Positions 29,561 through 38,679 of a stretch of DNA of 62,909 bases are shown one piece after another. The DNA is taken from NCBI GenBank assembly GCA_913031595.1, contig CAJWCP010000004.1:1-62909 (forward strand), read 5' to 3'. A program made the translations under genes and the position numbers. The number at the start of each line of letters is the position of its first letter. Within the stretch, counting starts at the first letter, position 1. Under the pieces are notes generated by a model. The model saw only the letters and a list, made by a program, of their open reading frames with translations. It had not been told where the DNA came from and did not search any database. The DNA is from an uncultured Flavobacteriales bacterium (lineage in GTDB: Bacteria > Bacteroidota > Bacteroidia > Flavobacteriales > BACL11).

Positions 29561-30492
29561 TAGTTATCTTTTATTTTTCCTGCAAGTAAAAATAAAACAG
29601 CCATTCTAATAGCAACACCATTTTCTACCTGATCTAAAATAATAGATTGTTTAGAATCCGCAACATCAGAACTTAATTCAACACCTCTATTTATTGGTCC
29701 TGGATGCATTATAGTTATATGCTTGTTTAATCTGTTTAATATCTCTTTATTTATTCCATAAGTCATTGAATACTCTCGTAAAGATGGGAAGTATTTCAAA
29801 TTTTGTCTTTCTAGTTGAATACGAAGAACATTTGCTATATCACACCACTCTAAAGCCTCTTGAAGATTAGAAAAATGATCTACCCCTAAATCTTGAATGT
29901 TTATTGGCATTAAGGAAGAAGGACCACATACGCTAACATGAGCTCCTAATTTCTTTAAACAATAAATATTTGATAAAGCAACTCTTGAATGTAAAATATC
30001 TCCTATAATAACTACTTTCTTATTCTTAATATTACCATATTTTTCTCTAATAGAATATGCATCTAAAAGAGCTTGTGTTGGATGCTCATGAGAACCATCT
30101 CCAGCATTTACAATTCTTGCCCTAATATTTCTTGATAAAAAAACTGATGCACCAGGATCTGGATGACGCATAACAATAATATCAACTTTCATAGCTAATA
30201 TATTATTTACAGTATCTAACAGTGTTTCTCCTTTTTTTACTGATGATGATGAAGAGGAAAAATTAATAATATCTGCAGATAGTCTCTTTTCTGCAAGTTC
30301 AAAAGATAATTTTGTCCTTGTAGAATTCTCAAAAAATAAGTTGGCTATTGTAATATCCCTTAAAGAAGGAACTTTCTTTATAGATTGATTAATTATTTTT
30401 TTAAAATTATCAGCTGTGCTAAATATCAAGTTAATATCTGAATTACTAAGATATTTAATTCCCAATAAATTATTTACTGACAGACTACTCAT
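29560..30492 (-). CDS. pyrB: Aspartate carbamoyltransferase catalytic subunit
   Basis: FFENSTRT, HPTQALLD, HSRV, RIQLER, MHPGP. Confidence 0.97.
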   Translation of the reverse strand: MSSLSVNNLLGIKYLSNSDINLIFSTADNFKKIINQSIKKVPSLRDITIANLFFENSTRTKLSFELAEKRLSADIINFSSSSSSVKKGETLLDTVNNILAMKVDIIVMRHPDPGASVFLSRNIRARIVNAGDGSHEHPTQALLDAYSIREKYGNIKNKKVVIIGDILHSRVALSNIYCLKKLGAHVSVCGPSSLMPINIQDLGVDHFSNLQEALEWCDIANVLRIQLERQNLKYFPSLREYSMTYGINKEILNRLNKHITIMHPGPINRGVELSSDVADSKQSIILDQVENGVAIRMAVLFLLAGKIKDN

Positions 30493-31028
30493 TATCTGAA
30501 ATTTGACATTACAATTCTATCTTTTCCACTAATTTCATTCCACTCTACCATTACTTTCTGTTTTTCTAACACATCTATTCTTTTACCAATATAATTAGCC
30601 TGAATAGGAAGATCTCTACTGAATTTCCGATCAATTAAAACTAATAATTCAACTGATTTAGGTCTTCCAAATGTCATTAATGCGTCTATTGCAGAACGTA
30701 CTGATCTTCCAGTATATAAAACATCATCTACAAGCACCACTTCCTTTCCTTCAACTGTTAAATCCATATCCATAACATTAGGAATAATTGGCTTTTCTCT
30801 TCTTCTTAGATCATCTCGATAAAAAGAAATATCAATATTACCTGACCTTATATCTTTTCTTTTCTTAGATAGATTCTCAAGAATTCTATTTTTTAACAAA
30901 GTGCCTCTTGGTTGTAATCCTACAATAACTGTATTATTAAAATTATCATGATGCTCGATTAACTCTTGACATAATCTCTCAATAATTATTTTAACATCTA
31001 ATTCGTTTAATAATTCTTTTTCTTTCAT
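30492..31028 (-). CDS. pyrR: PyrR / uracil phosphoribosyltransferase
   Basis: DISFYRDD, VDDVLYTGR, LIDR..RDLPI. Confidence 0.95.
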   Translation of the reverse strand: MKEKELLNELDVKIIIERLCQELIEHHDNFNNTVIVGLQPRGTLLKNRILENLSKKRKDIRSGNIDISFYRDDLRRREKPIIPNVMDMDLTVEGKEVVLVDDVLYTGRSVRSAIDALMTFGRPKSVELLVLIDRKFSRDLPIQANYIGKRIDVLEKQKVMVEWNEISGKDRIVMSNFR

Positions 31029-31038
31029 AATACAACTA

Positions 31039-31046
31039 CAAAAGTA
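31039..31046 (-). promoter_or_regulatory. -7 promoter element of pyrR-pyrB
   Basis: TACTTTTG 10 nt before the ATG. Confidence 0.6.
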
Positions 31047-31048
31047 GC

Positions 31049-31078
31049 AAAAAAAAACCCCAAATAAATGGGGCTTTT
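31049..31078 (-). terminator. Intrinsic terminator of rpsA
   Basis: AAAAGCCCCA-TTTATT-TGGGG followed by T9. Confidence 0.85.
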
Positions 31079-31080
31079 CA

Positions 31081-33009
31081 TTATTCTTGTGTATCTAAAT
31101 CATTCTTAAGAGAGGAAAGCTGATCCAAATCTCCTAAAGTAGATTTCTGATTCTCAGACTCAATTTTCTCCGTCAACTTATTAATCTCTGCTTTCTTCTT
31201 TTTCTTCTTTTCATTATCCTTCTCCCTAAATGTTAATGTATGTGAAGCTAAGATCTTTCTATTATCTTTTGAAAATTCAATAATCCTAAAAGACAACTGT
31301 TCTCCCTCAGTAATAATCGATCCATCTGATTTTTCAGCATGTTTTCTAGGAACAAAAGCCTCAACCTCATTATCTAAAGATACTAAGACTCCCTTATCAT
31401 ACAATTCTAATACCTTACCTTCATAGTCATTTCCTTCGATAAATTTCTCTTCATAAGTATCCCAAGGATTCTTCTCTAATTGTTTATGTCCAAGACTAAT
31501 CTTCCTGTTTTCCTTATCTATATCAAGGACTTTCACATCTAACTTAGCATCAACCTGGGTGAATTCTGCTGGATGTTTAATCTTTTTAGTCCAGGAAAGA
31601 TCTGAAATATGTATTAAACCATCAATCCCTTCAGTAAGTTCAACAAAAATCCCAAAATTTGTAAAATTTCTAACTTTTACACTATGAGTAGATCCTGCAG
31701 GAAATTCCTTTTCAATATTAGCCCAAGGATCTGGTGTCATCTGCTTAACTCCTAATGACATTTTTCTTGTCTCTTTATCTAATGTTAAGATCTGTGCTTT
31801 TACAGAGTCTCCTTTCTTATAAAAATCGTTAGCTGATCTTAAATGCGTAGACCAAGACATCTCTGAAACATGTAAAAGAGCTTCTACACCAGCCTGAATC
31901 TCAACAAAAACACCATAATCAGCTACCACAACGACTTTTCCTTCCACTTCATCTCCAACTTTTAAGTTATCATCTAATTCATCCCAAGGATGAGATCCTA
32001 ATTGTTTTAGTCCTAATTGAATCCTACTTTTTCCTTCATCAAAATCAAGTATAACTACATTAATAGTTTGATCTAATGAAACTATTTCCTCTGGATGTGC
32101 TATTCTTCCCCAGGAAAGATCAGTTATATGTATTAATCCATCTATTCCCCCAAGATCTATAAAAACTCCATATGAAGTAATATTCTTTACAGTACCTTCA
32201 AGAACTTGACCTTTTTCTAATTTAGACATAATCTCTTTGGTTTGAACAGCTAAGTCTGCTTCAATTAATGCTTTATGTGATACAACTACATTTCTAAAAG
32301 CCTCATTGACCTTCACAACCTTAAATTCCATCTCCTTACCAACATACTCATCATAATCTCGAATAGGCTTAACATCTATCTGAGATCCTGGTAAAAAACA
32401 TTCAATTCCAAATACATCAACAATCATCCCTCCTTTTGTTCTACTTAAAATCTTTCCGTCAACTATTTCCCCTGAATCTAATGCTTCATTAACTTTCTCC
32501 CAAGCTCGTAACACTCTTGCTCTTCTATGTGACAAAATTAATTGACCATTCTTATCTTCTTGCTTTTCAACAAGAACTTCAACTATATCTCCTATCTTTA
32601 AATCAGGATTATATTTAAACTCATTAAAAGAAATAATTCCATCTGATTTAAAATTAATATCTACAACAACTTCTCTATCACTTATCATAACCACTACCCC
32701 ATCTATAACTTGTTTTGCAATAAGTTCAGGTAAAGTCGAACTATATTGATCTTCTAAATCTTTCTTTTCTTTTTCTGAATATTCATCAGTGCTTAAAACT
32801 GTATTCCAATCAAATTCAATAGAATCAATCTTCTCTAATGATTTACTCTTAACATTATCTGGTGCGACTTGTTTCTCTAACACCTCTTCTAAAACTAATT
32901 TTTCTTCTGATAACGCCTCTTCTTGTATATTGACCTTCTTCGAGGTTTTATTGATTCTAGGTTTCTTTGCTGCTTTTTTAGCAGTCTTTTTCTTTTTTAT
33001 ATCTGACAT
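31081..33009 (-). CDS. rpsA: 30S ribosomal protein S1 with N-terminal extension
   Basis: Six S1 repeats (FLPGSQID, DGLIHITDLSW, LLHVSEMSW, DGLIHISDLSW); C-terminal STLGDL. Confidence 0.97.
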   Translation of the reverse strand: MSDIKKKKTAKKAAKKPRINKTSKKVNIQEEALSEEKLVLEEVLEKQVAPDNVKSKSLEKIDSIEFDWNTVLSTDEYSEKEKKDLEDQYSSTLPELIAKQVIDGVVVMISDREVVVDINFKSDGIISFNEFKYNPDLKIGDIVEVLVEKQEDKNGQLILSHRRARVLRAWEKVNEALDSGEIVDGKILSRTKGGMIVDVFGIECFLPGSQIDVKPIRDYDEYVGKEMEFKVVKVNEAFRNVVVSHKALIEADLAVQTKEIMSKLEKGQVLEGTVKNITSYGVFIDLGGIDGLIHITDLSWGRIAHPEEIVSLDQTINVVILDFDEGKSRIQLGLKQLGSHPWDELDDNLKVGDEVEGKVVVVADYGVFVEIQAGVEALLHVSEMSWSTHLRSANDFYKKGDSVKAQILTLDKETRKMSLGVKQMTPDPWANIEKEFPAGSTHSVKVRNFTNFGIFVELTEGIDGLIHISDLSWTKKIKHPAEFTQVDAKLDVKVLDIDKENRKISLGHKQLEKNPWDTYEEKFIEGNDYEGKVLELYDKGVLVSLDNEVEAFVPRKHAEKSDGSIITEGEQLSFRIIEFSKDNRKILASHTLTFREKDNEKKKKKKAEINKLTEKIESENQKSTLGDLDQLSSLKNDLDTQE

Positions 33010-33143
33010 AATCGTCTATAAATTTGTATCTTACTAGAGTGTCTAAGGTTTTAATTACTAACTACTCTTACGGTAAGAGTGATTATACTTTTATTTTAAA
33101 TTTCACAACCTTATTAGTAAAGTGAAAAATGCGCGCAAATATA
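33010..33143 (-). promoter_or_regulatory. rpsA promoter and structured 5' leader
   Basis: TATATTTG at 33136-33143; stems TTTCAC/GTGAAA (33101-33127) and ACTCTTA/TAAGAGT (33064-33080). Confidence 0.6.
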
Positions 33144-33153
33144 CAATTATTAT

Positions 33154-34032
33154 TTAATTAGGAAGAATCTGCTCAATGGTGTCTTTAACGCTTTCCATAA
33201 GCCATCTTGGTGTTGAGGTAGCACCACATACACCTACACTCTTAGCATTAACAAACCATTCTTGCTTTATATCTTCTTCATTAGATATAAAATATGAATT
33301 TTTATTTTGCTTTTTACATGATTGAAACAACATCTTTCCGTTAGAACTTTTCTTTCCGCTTACAAATACTATAACATCATTATCATTAGAAAACTCTGTC
33401 AATTGAGGCTCTCTTCCTGAAACTTGCCTACATAACGTATCATGCACAACATAACCTAACCTATCGTTATTATTAAGTTTAAGTCTCTTTTCTATTTCTT
33501 GAACAATCTCTTTATAAGCATTTGGATTTTTTGTAGTCTGAGAATAAACAGATAAAGGCTTAGAAAAATCTATTTTATGTAGATCTTGTATACTCGCTAT
33601 CGTGATTGCATTACCTTTTGTTTGCCCTAAAAGTCCTTTTACTTCAGCATGACCTTCTTTTCCAAAAATCACTATCTGTCCTCCTACTTCTTCTAATTTC
33701 TCATAGCCTTCTTTTATCTGACGCTGTAACTTAAGAACCACAGGACAAGAAGCATCTAATAATTTAATATTATTTTTTAATGCAAGAGCATAAGTCTCAG
33801 GAGGCTCTCCATGTGCTCGAATTAATACAGTGGCATTAAAAATATGCTCTAATTCTTTATGAGTAATGATCTGTAAACCTAATTTTTTTAATCTATCTAT
33901 TTCTCTATTATTATGTACAATATCTCCTAAACAATATAATGTATCTTGTGTCTTTAAAATTTCTTCTGCCATTTCTATTGCATATACAACACCAAAACAA
34001 AAACCAGAATATTGATCAATAGTAACTTTCAT
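33154..34032 (-). CDS. ispH: 4-hydroxy-3-methylbut-2-enyl diphosphate reductase
   Basis: GFCFGV, IVHN, RAHG, DASCPVV, SQTT, TLCRQV, SSN, GATSTP. Confidence 0.96.
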   Translation of the reverse strand: MKVTIDQYSGFCFGVVYAIEMAEEILKTQDTLYCLGDIVHNNREIDRLKKLGLQIITHKELEHIFNATVLIRAHGEPPETYALALKNNIKLLDASCPVVLKLQRQIKEGYEKLEEVGGQIVIFGKEGHAEVKGLLGQTKGNAITIASIQDLHKIDFSKPLSVYSQTTKNPNAYKEIVQEIEKRLKLNNNDRLGYVVHDTLCRQVSGREPQLTEFSNDNDVIVFVSGKKSSNGKMLFQSCKKQNKNSYFISNEEDIKQEWFVNAKSVGVCGATSTPRWLMESVKDTIEQILPN

Positions 34033-34725
34033 TTAAGAGTTTATTTTAGTATTTATAGTGTTATAAATAAATTGATTCTGCTCATTTAATGATAAATCAG
34101 AATTATCTAAAACAATTGAATCCTTTACTTTTACTAAAGGATTTAAAATTCGGCTAGTATCCTGTTCATCTCTCTTCTGTAGATTTTCTAATATGTCTTT
34201 AAACAATATGTTACTTGTGTATTCTCTCATTTGCTCATATCTTCTTTTAGCCCTCACATCTATTCGGGCTGTGATAAAGAATTTTATTCCAGCATCTGGA
34301 AATACTTTTGATCCTATATCTCTACCATCCATCACAACATTCCCATCTTTACCTATACTTCTCTGTACCATTACTAACTTTTTACGAACGATATCTAATT
34401 GAGCAATAATACTAACATTATTGGAAACTTCTATCCCTCGAATAATTGATTCTACATTTTCATTATTTAAAAATGTAGAAGAAATGGATCTTTTAGAATC
34501 AAACTGAAAATCCACCTCTATAGAATCTAAAGAGCTAGTTAGTCTCTTTATATCTATTTTCTTATCTTTTATTATTTCAGAACGCATACAATATAAGGTA
34601 AAAGCTCTATACATAGCCCCAGTATCTACATAACACATATTATACTTAGCAGCAATATTCTTTGCAATTGTGCTCTTACCACAAGATGAATGTCCATCTA
34701 TCGCTATATTAAAGGGCAAACTCAT
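34033..34725 (-). CDS. cmk: Cytidylate kinase
   Basis: IAIDGHSSCGKST, DTGAMYR, MDGRDIG, RD..D. Confidence 0.96.
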   Translation of the reverse strand: MSLPFNIAIDGHSSCGKSTIAKNIAAKYNMCYVDTGAMYRAFTLYCMRSEIIKDKKIDIKRLTSSLDSIEVDFQFDSKRSISSTFLNNENVESIIRGIEVSNNVSIIAQLDIVRKKLVMVQRSIGKDGNVVMDGRDIGSKVFPDAGIKFFITARIDVRAKRRYEQMREYTSNILFKDILENLQKRDEQDTSRILNPLVKVKDSIVLDNSDLSLNEQNQFIYNTINTKINS

Positions 34726-35750
34726 TAGATTCCAAAAGTACTAAGATTTGTTGCAATACTAAAATTATTTGTAACTCCTGACAAATGATAAGAAGATCGA
34801 CTATAATCTAACTGAAAATTAGAAAAAGAAAAACCAACTCCCCAAGAAAATCCAACCAAAGCAGGATAAGATCTTATAGTCATATCAAATCTTCTTTGAA
34901 AACTATATCCTGCCCTTAAAAAAAGATTTCTTCTAAAAGGATTTAACTCACCTCCAATTACTATATGTCTCAAAAATGTTTTAGCAATTGTTTCTTCTTT
35001 AACCTCAAGCTCTCCCGTTTCTAAATCAGTCTGTGTTATTAATTTATAAGGAGATTCTATAAAGAATTGATTAAGGTTATTATATGAAAGATGATATCTA
35101 AATGGTAAATGAGCTAACTTCTTACTAACACCCAATTGAATTTCAAAAGGAATTTTCTCAACATACTGAGAATAAGATTTTATCTGCCTACCTATGTTCT
35201 TGATAAGTAATGTTGATGTGAAATTTTTAGAAGAATTATGATAAGTAGTAGAAAGATTAGAACTTAATGCTAAAGAATGATATGTCTCATATTGAGAATT
35301 TAATATACTTAAATTCATTCCAATTGAAAGTCGATCATGTAATGTTTTCCCTATACCTAAAGTAAAAACTTGATCAGAGGCTGAAAAAGATCCATTTGTA
35401 TTACCAACTGGATCATTTAAATCAAAAGAACCATAATTTATAGACTTAATAGCTATAGAAAAAACACCTATTTCTTTTATCTCTCTAGCATAAGCAAATG
35501 ACAAAAGATTTATATCAGAGAAATAATCACAAAAAGCAAAAGCTATCTTATTATGCATATTTTGATTTAACAATGAAGGAGTAGTTTGTGAAAGTAATAA
35601 ATCACCATCATAGATAGATATAGCATTCCCTCCAATAGATTCAATTCTTGGTGAAGTTTCTATATTAACAAACGTAAAACCATTAACCCCACCAGTCTGA
35701 GATAAAAGACTAAATGGCAATAATAATATTAGAAAAATGATTATTCTCAT
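34725..35750 (-). CDS. porQ: T9SS outer-membrane protein PorQ
   Basis: Signal peptide, SPR...GG, P.LLN, KKLAHLPFR, beta-strand-rich C-terminus; lon-porQ-cmk order. Confidence 0.85.
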   Translation of the reverse strand: MRIIIFLILLLPFSLLSQTGGVNGFTFVNIETSPRIESIGGNAISIYDGDLLLSQTTPSLLNQNMHNKIAFAFCDYFSDINLLSFAYAREIKEIGVFSIAIKSINYGSFDLNDPVGNTNGSFSASDQVFTLGIGKTLHDRLSIGMNLSILNSQYETYHSLALSSNLSTTYHNSSKNFTSTLLIKNIGRQIKSYSQYVEKIPFEIQLGVSKKLAHLPFRYHLSYNNLNQFFIESPYKLITQTDLETGELEVKEETIAKTFLRHIVIGGELNPFRRNLFLRAGYSFQRRFDMTIRSYPALVGFSWGVGFSFSNFQLDYSRSSYHLSGVTNNFSIATNLSTFGI

Positions 35751-35834
35751 TAATAGATAGTAGCAATAAAAACGTGTATATATTTTAATTATTATATATA
35801 ATATTTGTCTATTATAAGACTATTTAAGTTTTGC

Positions 35835-38252
35835 CTACAACAATGCAATGTCAATAACTTCATTTAAGTTGTCGACATAATGAAAAACCATTCCTTTAAG
35901 ATACTTTTTATTAATTTCTATAATATCTTTCTTGTTCTGTTTAGATAAAATAATCTCATTAATCCCTACTCGTTTTGCTGCTAATATTTTTTCTTTGATA
36001 CCTCCAACAGGTAATACTTTTCCTCGTAAAGTAAGTTCTCCTGTCATTGCAATTTTCGCCTTAACTTTCCTTTCAGTAAAAGAAGAAACTAGAGATGTGA
36101 AAATTGTAATACCTGCAGAAGGTCCATCTTTTGGAGTAGCACCCTCTGGAACATGAATATGCACATTCCATTTCTCAAACATATCAGATGGAATATTATA
36201 ATTTTCTGAGTGAGCTTTTAAATATTCCATTGCAATAGTTGCAGACTCTTTCATCACCTTACCTAGATTGCCTGTTACAGAAAGTTTGCCTTTTCCTTTG
36301 CTTAAGGTACTTTCTACAAATAATACATCTCCACCAACAGCAGTCCAAGCTAAACCAGTGACAACACCAGCAATAGAATTATCTAATAAATGATCTCGAT
36401 CAAATTTTGGAGATCCTAATACTTTCTCAATAACTTCTTCTTTAGGAGAAAAATCAAAATTCTCATCCATTGCAATAGACTTTGCCACATTTCTAATCAT
36501 TTTACTAATCATCTTCTCAAGAGAACGTACTCCAGACTCTCTAGTATATTGATCGATGATTTTTTCTAAAGCTTTATCTGACAATGTAAAATCTTTATTA
36601 TCTAATCCATGTAATCTTAACTGTTTAGGTAATAAATGTTGTTTTGCAATCTGCACCTTCTCATCAATAGTATATCCATTAATTTCAATAATTTCCATTC
36701 TATCTCTTAAAGCAGGCTGAATAGTATTTAAACCATTAGCAGTTGCTACAAACATTACTTTAGACAAATCATAATCTAATTCTAAATAATTATCATGAAA
36801 GGCTTCATTTTGTTCAGGATCTAACACCTCAAGCAATGCAGAAGATGGATCCCCATGATTATCCCTTGTAACTTTATCTATTTCATCTAAAACAAACACA
36901 GGATTTGAAGATGCTGCTTTTTTAATAGATTTTATAATTCTTCCTGGCATTGCTCCAATATACGTTTTTCTATGACCTCTTATTTCTGCTTCATCTCTCA
37001 ATCCTCCTAAAGAAACTCTCTCATACTTTCTACCCAATGCCTCACTAATTGACTTTCCTAGCGATGTTTTCCCTACTCCTGGAGGGCCATACAAACACAA
37101 GATAGGAGATTTCATATCACCTCTTAGCTTTAACACAGCTAAATACTCTATTATTCTTTCTTTAACTTTCTCAAGCCCAAAATGATCTCTATCTAAGACC
37201 TTTCTTGCAACTTTAAGATCAAAATTATCTTTAGTATATTCATTCCAAGGCAAATCTAGCACTAATTCAATATAGCTTCTCTGCACAGCATAATCTGACA
37301 TTGAAGGATTCATTCTTTGCAATTTTTTAATCTCTTTTTCAAAAGATTTTGCAATATCTTGATTCCATTTTTTCTTTTTTGCCTGTCTTTTAAGCTCCTC
37401 AATTTCTTTATGAGAACCCGTGCCTCCTAACTCTTCTTGGATAGCCTTCATTTGCTGATTAAGATAATACTCTCTTTGTTGTTTATCAAGATCTGTCTGA
37501 ACCTTAGATTGAATCTTATTCTTCATTTCAAGTAATTGTAATTCTTTCGTTAGAAATTCAAGAACAGCAACTGCACGTTTTTTTAAATCGACCTCTTCTA
37601 ACAACATTTGTTTATCAGAAATACCAAGATTCATATTTGAAGAAACAAAATTAATTACAAAAGAATTATTCTTAATATTTTTAATTGCAATAGATGCTTC
37701 AGTCGGTATATTAGGAGACTCTTCTATTATCCGTAAAGCTAAATCCTTTATAGAAGAAACTAATGCATTAAATTCTTTATCTTCTTGCTTTGGCTTAACC
37801 TCATTTAAATCAGAAACTGTAGCCTTATAATATGGTTCAATATTTTTTATTTCTTCTAACTTAAATCGTTTTCTTCCTTGTATAACTGCTGTAATATTAC
37901 CATCAGGCATTTTAAGAGTTTTTAGGATATGTGCAACCGTACCAACTGAGTTAAGATCTTCTATTTTTGGTAATTCTGTGTCAAATTCTTTCTGAGATAG
38001 CACCCCTATAGTTTTATTACCTTCATCAGCTTCTTTAATCAACCTTACAGATCTTTCTCTACCAATAGTAATAGGAATAATAACGCCTGGAAATAAAACT
38101 GTATTTCTTAATGGTAAGATGGGTAATATATCTGGTGTATTCTCTTCTGATATCTTAGCCTCATCTTCATCACTCATTAAAGGTAAAAATTCAGTATCTT
38201 TCTCTATTAAATCTGAAAATAATTTTTGTTCTAATATATATTTCTTCTTCAC
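35835..38252 (-). CDS. lon: ATP-dependent protease La
   Basis: LPLRNTVLFPG, GPPGVGKT, LDEIDK, PKDGPSAG, VGGIKEK. Confidence 0.98.
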   Translation of the reverse strand: MKKKYILEQKLFSDLIEKDTEFLPLMSDEDEAKISEENTPDILPILPLRNTVLFPGVIIPITIGRERSVRLIKEADEGNKTIGVLSQKEFDTELPKIEDLNSVGTVAHILKTLKMPDGNITAVIQGRKRFKLEEIKNIEPYYKATVSDLNEVKPKQEDKEFNALVSSIKDLALRIIEESPNIPTEASIAIKNIKNNSFVINFVSSNMNLGISDKQMLLEEVDLKKRAVAVLEFLTKELQLLEMKNKIQSKVQTDLDKQQREYYLNQQMKAIQEELGGTGSHKEIEELKRQAKKKKWNQDIAKSFEKEIKKLQRMNPSMSDYAVQRSYIELVLDLPWNEYTKDNFDLKVARKVLDRDHFGLEKVKERIIEYLAVLKLRGDMKSPILCLYGPPGVGKTSLGKSISEALGRKYERVSLGGLRDEAEIRGHRKTYIGAMPGRIIKSIKKAASSNPVFVLDEIDKVTRDNHGDPSSALLEVLDPEQNEAFHDNYLELDYDLSKVMFVATANGLNTIQPALRDRMEIIEINGYTIDEKVQIAKQHLLPKQLRLHGLDNKDFTLSDKALEKIIDQYTRESGVRSLEKMISKMIRNVAKSIAMDENFDFSPKEEVIEKVLGSPKFDRDHLLDNSIAGVVTGLAWTAVGGDVLFVESTLSKGKGKLSVTGNLGKVMKESATIAMEYLKAHSENYNIPSDMFEKWNVHIHVPEGATPKDGPSAGITIFTSLVSSFTERKVKAKIAMTGELTLRGKVLPVGGIKEKILAAKRVGINEIILSKQNKKDIIEINKKYLKGMVFHYVDNLNEVIDIALL

Positions 38253-38260
38253 AATTAGTT

Positions 38261-38566
38261 TTATAATGATCTATTATGTTTAAACGCCTTAAATAATCTT
38301 TCTTTGATATCTTCTTCTATTTTAGATTCTGCCTCTGAAAATCCAATTAATTTACCACACAATATACCTATAAGAGCAGCTTCTCTCACATTATTTCCCT
38401 GTTGAAGGATTTTCATTAATGTATCATAAGTAGTATCTGTATCCTTAAACACCTTCTCTGCTTGATCCGACAATTTAATCAAATCATCAAAATTACATTC
38501 TAATAAATGGCATATCTTTTCTTGTTCAAATTCGTTTAATTCTTCAAGTTTATTTATTGATGTCAT
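38261..38566 (-). CDS. Hypothetical acidic helical protein upstream of lon
   Basis: 101-aa ORF filling the gap, 8 nt from lon; no family recognised. Confidence 0.75.
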   Translation of the reverse strand: MTSINKLEELNEFEQEKICHLLECNFDDLIKLSDQAEKVFKDTDTTYDTLMKILQQGNNVREAALIGILCGKLIGFSEAESKIEEDIKERLFKAFKHNRSL

Positions 38567-38605
38567 AATAAATCTGTTTTAATAATGATTACAATATAAC
38601 AAAAA

Positions 38606-38621
38606 TGCAATTTATATGCCA
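38606..38621 (-). promoter_or_regulatory. Sigma-54 (-24/-12) promoter
   Basis: TGGCATATAAATTGCA: GG-N10-GC with TGGCA and TTGCA flanks, 39 nt before the ATG at 38566. Confidence 0.75.
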
Positions 38622-38638
38622 AAAAGAAAAAAGAGCCT

Positions 38639-38679
38639 TTTTGTCAGTATTACACTTCGTTTCGATAGCGTTTTGTCAG
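38639..38679. repeat. Direct repeat TTTTGTCAG x2, candidate activator sites
   Basis: Copies at 38639-38647 and 38671-38679, 32 bp apart, upstream of the sigma-54 motif. Confidence 0.5.

Noticed and set aside
35751-35834. AT-rich lon-porQ spacer as a dif site or sRNA
   Set aside because: No XerD arm (TTATGTTAAA-like) and only a weak 4-bp stem
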